In this document: positions 1 through 10,049 of the stretch, in pieces
How positions within the stretch are numbered: position 1 is the first letter of the stretch
Layout: each line of letters begins with the position of its first letter
NCBI GenBank assembly: GCA_022813965.1
Contig: JALDZS010000100.1
Coordinates: forward strand, 62,001-82,949
Direction of reading: 5' to 3'
DNA: 20,949 nucleotides
From: Toensbergia leucococca
Taxonomy: Eukaryota
Made by a program: the position numbers and the translations under genes
The notes under the pieces: model-generated
Told to the model about the DNA's origin: nothing
The model's database searches: none
What the model saw: only the letters and a program-made list of their open reading frames with translations

Positions 1-391
1 AGACTTGGGATGGCTGGGACAAGGGTGAGAGTTGTGTTTTTGATCGGGAAGGCTGGAAGTGAGGGCTTGGGTGGGATGTTTTGTTTGAATGGGGTTGTGC
101 GGTTGTGCATCATGTTTTCTTTCTTTCTGCTCTTCACAAATATATGTGACGACCCTCTCAGAAGTGAGAATTGAACCTCCAGAGTCAAACCCAAACCCAA
201 ACCCACAAAAAAACCAAGGTTAAAAAAAAGCCTTGCTTTTAAATAGCATGAGATTAAAAAAGGGTCAATGGCACATGCAAAGAGAGGTGAGAGAAATTAA
301 AGTCAGAATCAAAAAGGGGTGTGAAAATTGTGATGATTTTTCTAGGTGATATTGTGGTCAAGCATCTATTCTAGGTAGCATAGAGGACCCC

Positions 392-418
392 GGGGGGGGG
401 GGGGGGGGGGGGGGGGGG
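392..418. repeat. G27 homopolymer tract, preceded by CCCC; G-quadruplex-capable
   Basis: 27 consecutive G at 392-418 read directly from the sequence; a further G8 run lies at 446-453. Confidence 0.95.
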
Positions 419-486
419 CGGGTGAATGTTGATGTACCTGAAGAAGGGGGGGGCTTGCCCTGTAGCATAAGACCATCTTTATTTCA

Positions 487-1399
487 TTAATCTTTGTCAC
501 GGTGAAAAGGGAGCCGTTTCTGGATCCTGTTGCCATGTTCCTCCTTACTTAGGAATCCCCGCGAAGTCTTTCCACAAGCTTTCGTCCCTTCTTCTTCCGA
601 GCTTGAGGAATTGGGGAAACCGTCTATGGGCCCATTCGCTCGAGAAAATTGCTTGTGAGACTCGGAGAATGAAGGCGATTCCGATATTTCGTGTTTGTTG
701 AAAGTTTGTTTTTTGAACGACTGAGTTGATCCCACTGCTTGCAGCCACCAGGAATAACAATGTTTGAATGACCAAACAGGTTCCGAGGATTGTATCCATC
801 TAAAAGGAAAAGTCAAAAGAGGACTTTAGAGAAATTCATCTTTACATACAACATACTTCTGAGATAATCAAAGCTCAGTATAGATTGCCTCTCCTCAACC
901 TGGTACTTCATATCTCTCTCTGCCAACATCAAGGGCTTATGCTTGAAATCGTAGCGTAGCTTGGCAAATGCGTTCGCGAAAGCGAGTGATTCCTCCGCTT
1001 TGTCTCACTTGAATTGTTTAAGCCGTCCTAGGTCTTCCATTGGAAGCTCCGTCAGCAAGCTAAGCGTGTCTTGAACGTTGAAGCCGTACAAAATCTCATT
1101 TGATGATCCGCCGGTGGACTGATTCTTTAGTTGTTCATGGATCCCTGAAGATACGGGAGTATACTTGTTAATCCTTGTTTTTCCCAAGCTTCCTTGCTGT
1201 AATATATCGCAATTTGCCCACGGCCTGTGACCTTTTTGGCCAGAGCCCAAGCTTCGTCATTACTTAGGAATAAATCATTTTTCAAGAGACATCGAAAAAC
1301 CCAATATTTGACATCTTTACTTGAGCTGTCGATAGAAAGGGTCTCAGGAGTTGCGAAGACGTTTGATGGAATAGATAGCTGGCTGTTAGAGGTAGCCAT
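487..1399 (-). pseudogene. Orphan gene-like locus, possibly a pseudogene or an incompletely resolved spliced gene
   Basis: ATG at 1399 follows a C-rich leader and opens MATSNSQ...DVKYWVFRCLL...EAWALAKKVTGRGQ...EAWEKQ. A second frame (...IHEQLKNQ...LGRLKQFK) hits TGA at 1007-1005 but stays open and protein-like beyond it (DKAEESLAFANAFAKLRYDF...FDYLRSM). A clear intron follows (GTATGT at 856 or 849, polypyrimidine tract and TTTTAG ending at 800). Donor 849 joins in frame to the 487..816 ORF (WIQSSEPVWSFKHCYSWWLQ...HRDKD*). I recognise no family. Confidence 0.35.
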
Positions 1400-1789
1400 T
1401 GTACGAGGTGGTCTAGAGTGATGGGGAGTGATTGAGTACGGTGGGGGAAAAATCAAAGTAGGAGTCCTCGGAGAATCGTCGGCGAAAATTTCACCGAGAC
1501 AAACTTTATTCAAAAACCCTAAAAAACAAAAAGATGACAAAACTTTAATTTCTCAAGGAGGGTTTAAAGCACGCCATTTGGCTCTCATCTTTCTTTGCAT
1601 GTCTAGCTAATTAGCTGGTCAGAACCTAGCAAAAAGGGATTGTTTATATATATTCCCAAAAAAAAGGCGGGGGTAAATCCCCCCCCTCAAAAAATACACA
1701 CCCTTGACTTTGTCTCAAAGAATGAGGTGGTTGAGATATATGCTCTCAAACAGGAGCGTGGTGTTGCCACCAAGTGGGTGTTTCAGTAA

Positions 1790-1836
1790 GGAGAAACAAG
1801 AAGAAGAAAAAGAAAAAAAGAAGAGAAGAGAGGAAG
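1790..1836. repeat. Purine-rich (GAA/GA) low-complexity tract
   Basis: ggagaaacaagaagaagaaaaagaaaaaaagaagagaagagaggaag, downstream of the GH16 stop; pyrimidine-rich on the transcribed minus strand. Confidence 0.7.
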
Positions 1837-2006
1837 ATACAACCCCTCAACTGACGAACGAAAGATATAAACAGTGGGGGGAGAAAGAAGTATAAACACC
1901 CACAGCCGCAGCTAATCTACACAGCCAATTCTCCAAAGGTCAAGGACATCTAGACCAACCATCCCAAGATGCATGCACAACCACTCCGAATCCCACAATC
2001 GCCATC

Positions 2007-3469
2007 CTACCAGGACCCCATCCCATGCTTATGCGCTCCCAAATGCCTCCTCACCTTCGCACTCCTCCTCACCCTCTCCGGAATACCACTGCTCCCAAAT
2101 CCAAAATCACTGTCCGTAAGCGCCGTCTCCGTCTCCACCGCAGGCTGCGTCTTCGCTGGTGTCGTAGGCACGCTCGCGACAGGGGGGCTACTCGTCACCG
2201 ATATGGGGGTCGCAACAGTAATAGAAGTAGTGGAGGAGGAGATGGGAGTGGCGGCGGTGGAGGCGATGGCGATAGAGGAGGAGGAGGAGACTGGGGCAAC
2301 GGCTTTTTGGGTGCTGCCGTCGTCTTGGTAGACTTTCAGGGAGTTGACGAGCCAATTCGTCGCGGTGAAGGCAGAGGGGGTAGTCTGGACATAGTCTTTG
2401 CAGATGGCGTTTTGGGAGGCGCAGGAGCTACTGGACCAGACGTTGCCGGCCCAGTCGCCGCAGAAGGTGATGTCGAAGACCTGGGGTAAGAAATTATTAA
2501 AACTTCAAGTTCCATTCTGGGGAGCTGAGGGGAAGGAAAATGGGTCACACATACGATTTGCATATTGTAAAAGTGCGCGTCGATATCGCAATTAGCATTG
2601 GAGAAGACTGCTACCGGCTGAGTGGTCCAGGCAGAAGGGTTCGGTGTAGGTCCGTTGATATCACCGGGGGCATTGCTGTGGGAGAAATGCCAGATGCTGA
2701 TAGCGTCGCTGGTTATTTCCGTCGCATAGATCCCTCCGCCGTTGGAGTTGAAACCAGTGCCGTAGGTGGTCGAGTCTGAAGATGCGAGTTGACAGCCGGC
2801 GTTTGTGGATTGGCCAGCAGCATTGACATCACAATTTTGAGTTGTGAGACTGGTTCCAGAATTATACGCGGAACTTTGTGAAATGGTACATCCGGGAGTG
2901 GTGTGAAGAGTCATGTCATTCTGGGATTGCTGATTGACACCTTCGATGATATCAATCTCTCCGCTGGTGGGCCAAGCGCCTGTGTTTCCAACCATCCAAC
3001 TGCGTTGTTTCCCGTCAGCAGCTTCAATCGAAAACAAAGGCTCGAATAAATACTTACAAAGCAGGCCAAGTGCCGCAAGCACTTGAAGGCATATGGGCGA
3101 GGTCGAGAATAACAAGTGCATGATCATACACACTATTACTTGTGAGACGAACGCTATCCCGGCCAGCGGCGGCGTCGTCGAGGGAATTTGTAGAATCAAC
3201 ACCCATATAGTACTGGCTGCCTTGTTGCGAAATGTATCCTTTACTCAGTGCCGTTTCATTATCGACATAGTTGACGTATCCATGAGTAGGATCACCTTGC
3301 TGTTGTCGATGTTAGCCAGGTTCTTAATGTGCCCGGCCAGGAAACGTACAGTCCAAAAGGAGAATTTATCAAAGAAATCGGTGGTGTAATCATCCGAAGG
3401 ATTGAGGGTATAGCCAGCTATACCTAGATGAACAAGACCCGAGCAGATAAGGAGTGTAGAGAAATGCAT
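2007..3469 (-). CDS. Secreted GH16 endo-1,3(4)-beta-glucanase (fungal Lam16A type), about 426 aa, 4 exons: 3469-3350, 3299-3058, 2999-2555, 2480-2007
   Basis: Signal-peptide-like N-terminus MHFSTLLICSGLVHLGIAG. Family motifs DPTHGYVNYV, GRDSVRLTS, HMP..CGTWPAFW, catalytic GEIDIIEG, FDITFCGDWAG and W.VNSLKVYQ. GT-AG introns at 3349-3300, 3057-3000 and 2554-2481. Spliced CDS is 1281 nt. Ser/Thr-rich C-terminal tail. Confidence 0.93.
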
Positions 3470-4852
3470 GTTGATAAATGAGTGTGGGTTTGCCTTAGCA
3501 AAGTATTGCAATATATAATGGAACTTTGGACAGTGAATTCTCGAAGACGCAAGTAAGGAATGAATGAGAGTCACTATGCTTGATCAGAAGCATCACGCGG
3601 GAAATGGAAATGGACATATAAAGAAAGAGAGTCAGAGGACGGAGGCAGGAAAAGGGATAGCAATTAGCTGGTGGTTCATCAGGCATATTCTGAAGAGTGA
3701 TTGGTCAGGCATGAATGGTCTTAGTGAAGTGTGGATATGCTAAGATGGCTAAGATGTTGCCTTGGCCGAATGAGCGGACATGAGTAGTCCATGGCCGTGG
3801 CATGAAGAGACGGAGTGAATGCCCAGCACGGTCTGTCCCTGGAGACGGCAAGGGGCATAGAGTGGACTGGAGAGAAAGGAAGTCTAGAGGTAGGAAGTAG
3901 AGACAAGAGCAGTCCAGCCAGTCAGAGAGGAATGCGGGGGGTTGGATGGCTGGATGGATGGCCCGTCGTCGATGTTTGATGTTTCAAGCTCGGCGTCATT
4001 TAAAGGCGTCTCCGGTCATCCAATCAGATGGCGCCATCAGCAAGACGGGCATTAAATTGGCCTCAGCTGCCGGCTGAACATCCATGATCAACCTTATCAA
4101 ATGCCTGGCACCGTTTCCCATCCTGAGGTCCTGCACGTGTTCTCATTGGATAGACACGTTCAAAACTTCATCTAACGTGATTCAAGCCCCACGTTGAAAC
4201 AAGCCTGGTAATCTGTAGACAAGCATTCCTCGTTTCTCGCTGGCGGCTGATTGCAGATTCCATGACAAACCACCACCACGAGCTGGCCGAAACCCGGAAA
4301 CCCAAATCTGCATTCCTTTAAGCCTCCTCAGCCTCATGACTCGAAAATGCAACTTTGTGCATTACATAATATGGCCATAAGGCTACTATGCATAGGCCAG
4401 ACCCCGTTATCGGAATGGCGTCCACATTTACATGATCTTGTCATGCACTTGCCACATTCAAATTGCTAATGCCTTTGATATTTGAATACCCGACACCCTA
4501 CCTTGCGAGCCCGCCTCCCGCCTCCTTCATCCTCGGCTCCTTTACCAGACTATCCCTGTTGTTGCACTGTTTTCATTACAGCCTGGTGGGAAAACTCAAC
4601 TCAGTGTCAAGCATCAGCCGGTCTCAGATGATGGTACAGAGTAATAAAAACCCATCGACACCCAAGTCCTACTTGAAGCAGCGTTGTACCACATTCTAGA
4701 TTCACTGCATGGTTAGGGGTGCAAGGCGACGAGCCTGTCTCATATGCAACGTTGCGCCTGAGTAGGACAGAAGGAGGCGGGTTGGCGCAAACATGGGGGG
4801 TGGGAAGTGGTCAATGTGGTGAAATTTGGTATCAAGATATCAAAAATCAAAA

Positions 4853-7800
4853 CTAATTACACAATGGACATGTGAATCCTAGTTCCCCGCTGTCCTGTGG
4901 TGTTTGGCCCTTCTCAACCTCTCTCTCCGTGCCCTGTATCTTCTCGAGACAGCTCCGGTGGAAAATGTGTCTACATGAGAAGACAATCAAAGCTCCTGTG
5001 TTTTCCCCAAAAGGCGCCTCCCCCGCCACTTCCTTGCCCTGATCTCGTGACTCGACCTTATCCTCTGCCACGCCATCAACGGCTTTCCCTTTACCATTGC
5101 TTACAACCTTTGACGACTGCATCTTTGCTGCATCTTTGGTACTCTGCCGTCGAAGTTCGTCTTCTTGTCTCCTTTGCTGCCAGGCATCCCATGCATAGCC
5201 GCCGGTACCGGGGCCCCAAACCTTCCTGCCACATCCTTCACAAACTTGCCCTAACGGTCTCCACCCTCTTCTCCGAAGACTATCTGCCTCAGTCACACGA
5301 ACGAAGAGATCTTTATCAAGTAATCGGTTAGCTAGTGCTAGGAGAGATTCCTCATACGAGTACGCCGAAAAGATAGCCCCGAGGACAGCACGGAGATTGG
5401 ACAACGATGGTGAAGACAACGAGGCCCGCGTGAGAAAAGCGCGAAGTATCCGCAAGAAAGAAAGATCGGTGCGACTCGTATGAGTTGCACGGGGACCACT
5501 TGTTGAAGAGAGAAGGGCTGTAAATGTTTCCTGCACCGTCCTTCGCAGATCTGTGATGAGTTTCGAAGATTGAGGCGTGGGCTCAGTAGACGGTTGCTCC
5601 TGTAATTCGGATTCCTTGTTAGTAATTGCTCCATACCCCTGAAACTCTAGTACTTCCGTGACGTTTTTGGTGACCCCGACTACAGCATCGATTAGATCAA
5701 TCCATAGGTTCTCATCCATCGACAGTTCATCGCTCGTTGACTTGACTTGCTTTACTTGCTTAAGAGATGCCGATGTTTGCCGCGCAGCCTTGGTCTGGCT
5801 TTGACATAGCCATACTCCGACTCGGCTATAATTCTGGATTGAGGCAACGAGATCAAGGGCTGTTTCCTCCGTGTTTGCAACGTCTGGGCTATTCATAGCA
5901 CCATCCACTAGTCCAATCAATGCTGCTTCAAGCGTCTTGAGATACTGAGCAAGTCGATTCATGGCTTCCCTGATTTTTCCTTCTCGTGCCATAAGCACCA
6001 CAGCAGCGTCAACAACTCCGCTGTTCTCTAATGCAGGCAGAACTTCTTCGAGCCTTAAATTACCGGTCTGTAACTGCTCTATATATTTCCGGACATGATG
6101 CGGATTATAATCACAGAGGAGTCGGACATACTGTTCAACGAACTCACGTCTTGGGGCTTTTCGCTGAGGCTGATCATCGTTAGTGCCTTGTACTAAGGGC
6201 TCAAGCATTGTCTGTAGGTACTGAAGCTGGGCAGCCTCGTCTTCATGGAATGTGCCCAACAGTATTCCGTGTAAATCCGGGGCGAATTGATCTATAGTCA
6301 TTGCCGCTTTCGTCACGTCCGTTGCCCCAAGCTCCTGAGCATGGTCAACGATCACACTCCGAACTTCAGCGGCTTGTTTATCATTAAGCCCGGTACTGGG
6401 TAGGAGACAATCTTTGATACATTCAAAAACTGCGTCTGGATCGTTGTAATCTTTGAAAAATGTCTGTAGAAGCTTTGCATACTGCCGTTCTGCTTTATAG
6501 ATCGACTTTAAGACCCGGTGAAATCTCGCTTTTGATATCAGTGGCACTAAAGATGACAAGTCTGGAGGCTGATATATTGATAAAAGGTATTCAACACTGA
6601 GCTGACAGTCATCGGCAATATCCTCTCCCGGGTAATTACATAAACCCACGAGCACTCGATGGAGAGTATGACCGGGGAGAAGTATAAATTGTGGGAACTT
6701 CGGAAGGTTGCGAGCGATAAACATGTCCAGATAGATAGTGTCTTCAGGGCCGTACCTTGGGAGGGTCATCACTTCTAGGAGAATGCTTACGATCCATTGC
6801 CTGTTCATAGACAAACCGTAGGGTTGGCCCTCGGTCAGGTTATGTGATGGGTTTTTGGTGATTTGATCATGAGATCCATTCAAGAAGCTATCTTCAAAAG
6901 CTTCATTTAACATGCTGAGGAAACTTGGCGCATCGAAATCAAGGATTCTTCGAAGGTTGGAAAAAGAAGCCTCCGTTTGTTTGACCTGTTCTCGATAATC
7001 ATCTTTACTGCTACCGGAGAAGAGAAAATGGTATATGTCAGCCTTTGCTATACTAGCTGCGCCTTCGAGCATCTCTTTTCCAGTTGGATACACACGGCTT
7101 GTGAGTATATATGACATATACGGAAAGATCTTCGAGGTAGCATCTAATGCTACAGGTTTTTCGGAGCCCACTACTTCACTGCCTTTCGGCGTTTGGAGTA
7201 GATCAAGCAGATCAGACATCAGAGTTGTGTAATCGCCCAGACCTTGGTTCCATACATAGAGGAGAGCATCGTACAGGTTATTCTTCTTGCAAAGCTTTGT
7301 GATCTGGTCGATATCCATAGATTTTGGGTCCAAATGGCAAAGCATCTCCTCCAGGCGAGTAACAAAGCCTTTGTTGATATAATGCTCTACCAAATCTTTG
7401 ATCACAGCTGGAGGCATGACCTGAATATCGTCATCCATAATAGACGGCTCCACGGTCTCAAGAAATATCCACTCAGATTGCCCATCTTGATACCACGCAT
7501 AAACATCCTCGAACAAAAAGTCCATGTCATCCATGCTGATACACGCAGCAACACAGGCAGTAGCAAGCTGCTTCAATTGCTCGCGTTCTACGCGCACTGC
7601 TCTTGCTTCCTGGTTCTTCCCGAAGGCGTATTTAAGTGAGGCAGACATCATCTCTCCCAATTTTTCTTTGACCAGATCATGTCTTGATACATCGTCTTCG
7701 GGAAGACCTATGGTGAGCTTATCCGCTTCGCCGTTATAATATGATGTTGCGAGCTGGATCGCTCCAATGAAATTACCCTCTTCCATAAATGCAAGTAATC

Positions 7801-9727
7801 GATCTGCCCAATTAGACAACGTGCCAAAAGAAACATCGTTATGTCCCAATAGAAAGAGCCGCCCTTTATAGGATCTAAAACTCATATAAAAAGCATCAGC
7901 TACTACTCCATGCATTGATGTATCTCCCTCATCTAAAGGTTCAACGAGCCGAGTAAGTTGCTGTGAAAAAAGATCTACATGAAAAATATGCTTTTGAATT
8001 AGATCGGAAGAATCAGTCACTTGAAATGAGCTATCTTCCAAGATGATGAGTTGTTGAGTGATCGTTAAAACTCCTAGCACTGATCGACTTAGCCATTGTG
8101 TAGCTACGATCGCTTCTTGTGCTTTCCACCGATTTCGAGGCTTGAATTGTAGGCTTGGAGTCTTTTCCTTGGCACTTGGTTCGGAAGGCTCAGAGTCAGT
8201 TACATCAAGGACCGTAAGTATATTCGACCAAGAATAAACGAGCTTAGCACTTGAAGATGCGTCTGACGATGCATCATTCTTAGTCCTCAGCTTGACACTA
8301 GGAAACCAAGCGAGAGCAGCACTCATCGTCCCATGTGGTTCCAGCCCCTTTGAACGGGATGCCTTGTACTGGGTTTGCGCCACAGGAGTTGTTGATACAA
8401 TCACCAATAGATAAGGTGTGAGGATAGCTACTAACCCCATGGAGTCTGTGGAATACTCGGCATTACCAAGCGGCAATGGAGAGAATGCTAATACAGAGCT
8501 TGGCTTTCTTTGTCGGCCACTTATTGCAGAGTCATTTGAGTAACGCCCAAGTATCCGTGTGGTTCGTACATTTCGTGCAACAGCACCCATACCTCTGCTA
8601 GCCAGGTGCGAAAAAGCCATGCCGTTTTCGTCGGCAGAGACAATTGCAGTATGCCTGGTTCCGAGAAATCCGACATGAAGGACTGCAACCCCTGAAATAT
8701 GTCCATCGACGTCAGGACCTCGTTGGGCACTGTTGATGGGTGGGATATGTAGGAACGGTTTCGCAGGTCTGGATGTATCCCATGTGAATATGTTTCCTGA
8801 CGAATGCCCACCGGCTATAGTCAAATGGTCTGCAGAGATACTTATAGAAGTGACAGCCCCAGATTGTATTGCTGAAAGGTGGAAAGATTTAGCTGGATCT
8901 ATATACGTTACAGGCATCAAACCATACCTTTCGTGCCTGGACCAATAACAGACTTGAGATTCTGGTGATAGTCGAACACTAGTATTATGCCTTTTGTTGT
9001 GCCCAGCGCTATTGACGCCGAGACCACAATGCATGAAGGCCGACCAAAACTTCGTTTTCCAATTTCCGAAAAAACCTGGCCAGTTAGCTTTCTAAGCTTT
9101 GTCCATCTGACGACATCCCAAGGTGCTTGAGGCGTATCCGTATCTCTAACATCTTGGAATACTTGACTCGCCGAGGAAGATCGGCGGGAGTGTAGGTTGA
9201 GAAATCCAGGGGATAAAGCTCGGGGGGAGTTGAGAGGAGAAGGAGAGATATGAGCTTGGAATCGTCGGTCAAATGGTCGCAGAGAGGGTGTTGGGCTCTG
9301 TCCATACCCTGACATGTGTGTACGTCTCCCAGGAGAGGATGCTATCGAACCCTAGTCATATCAGAGAAATGCTCTCTGGGATCTGAAGCGATGGTCTCAC
9401 TTGAATGGATGGGGTATCGTCCGGCGTTGAAAGAGATCCATCAGCACTTGACGGTCTCGCAGGCACCGGACGGGAATCTAAGGCCGAAGCCTCGGTGGCT
9501 GATTCCTGTTCCTCTTGAGAGTATTTTCCATAGCCACGGAAACTCATGCCGCTAGCAGGTAATCTTTCCTCCTCCCCACCGCTTGGATCGGCCTCCTGCA
9601 GCGTTCCCGAATGACGCTCGTCAACATCTGAATCCTCGTCAGGTCCCGCAGCCCTGGCGATATGGCTTTCTCCATTATTGATCAGATCGTCCTGACCATC
9701 GTCGGCCTCATCTTGTGCAGAGCTCAT
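4853..9727 (-). CDS. VPS8: Vacuolar protein sorting protein Vps8 (CORVET subunit), about 1589 aa, 3 exons: 9727-9401, 9351-8928, 8871-4853
   Basis: Acidic disordered N-terminus; PWDVVRWTKL motif; WD40-like region (ALGTTKGIILVFDY, ISADHLTIAGGH); Vps8 core (LEEMLCHLD..MDIDQ...LYDALLYVWN...DY); C-terminal RING-H2-like cysteines (CEGC...CRHIFHRSC...CPLC). Introns 9400-9352 (GTGAGA..TAG) and 8927-8872 (GTATGG..CAG) join three ORFs into a 4770-nt frame. Confidence 0.93.
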
Positions 9728-10049
9728 CGAAGCCGTTTGAAAGCCCCCACATCTCCAAGGTAAATCATTGAAACAGCTGTTGCCCGCTTTCAGCCTAATG
9801 TGGTCACTTGTATGTCAACGGAGAAACTGGATAGTTCCAGGGGTTTGCTGGAATTCAGATCAACCTGGCAAAGCCTAGCGACGTTCCTTCAGGTACTCAT
9901 CCAATGTCATGATCATATCGACCTGGGCTGGTTTTCATGGTATAGCCGAGGAGCCGAACAACGCGCTTATCTGCAAAGCGCGCTTAGGATGATTCAAGTC
10001 ATCAGCTTCTTGTGCATCTTTGCTCAGGGACATAATATCAACAAAGAAA
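9728..10049. promoter_or_regulatory. Probable bidirectional promoter region between VPS8 and the DUF3752 gene
   Basis: Head-to-head start codons are 322 bp apart. Inferred from geometry only; no specific motif is claimed. Confidence 0.55.

Noticed and set aside
187..204. (AAACCC)3 as telomeric repeat
   Set aside because: Only three units, and not the canonical fungal TAACCC unit; treated as a trivial microsatellite.
1005..1007. In-frame TGA as selenocysteine
   Set aside because: There is no redox motif around it and no recognisable SECIS, and Sec machinery is not known from ascomycetes.
1969..2489. Plus-strand ORFs of 120 and 154 aa
   Set aside because: Antisense shadows of the GC-rich, low-complexity last exon of the GH16 gene.
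3495..4699. Short ORFs in the GH16-VPS8 intergenic region
   Set aside because: No recognisable motifs, non-ATG starts or UTR-like composition; probably GH16 promoter and leader sequence.
8872..9034. ORF-track start of the 1393-aa ORF (MHCGLG...) and an apparent frameshift in VPS8
   Set aside because: Explained by the canonical intron 8927-8872; the true upstream exon is in another frame.
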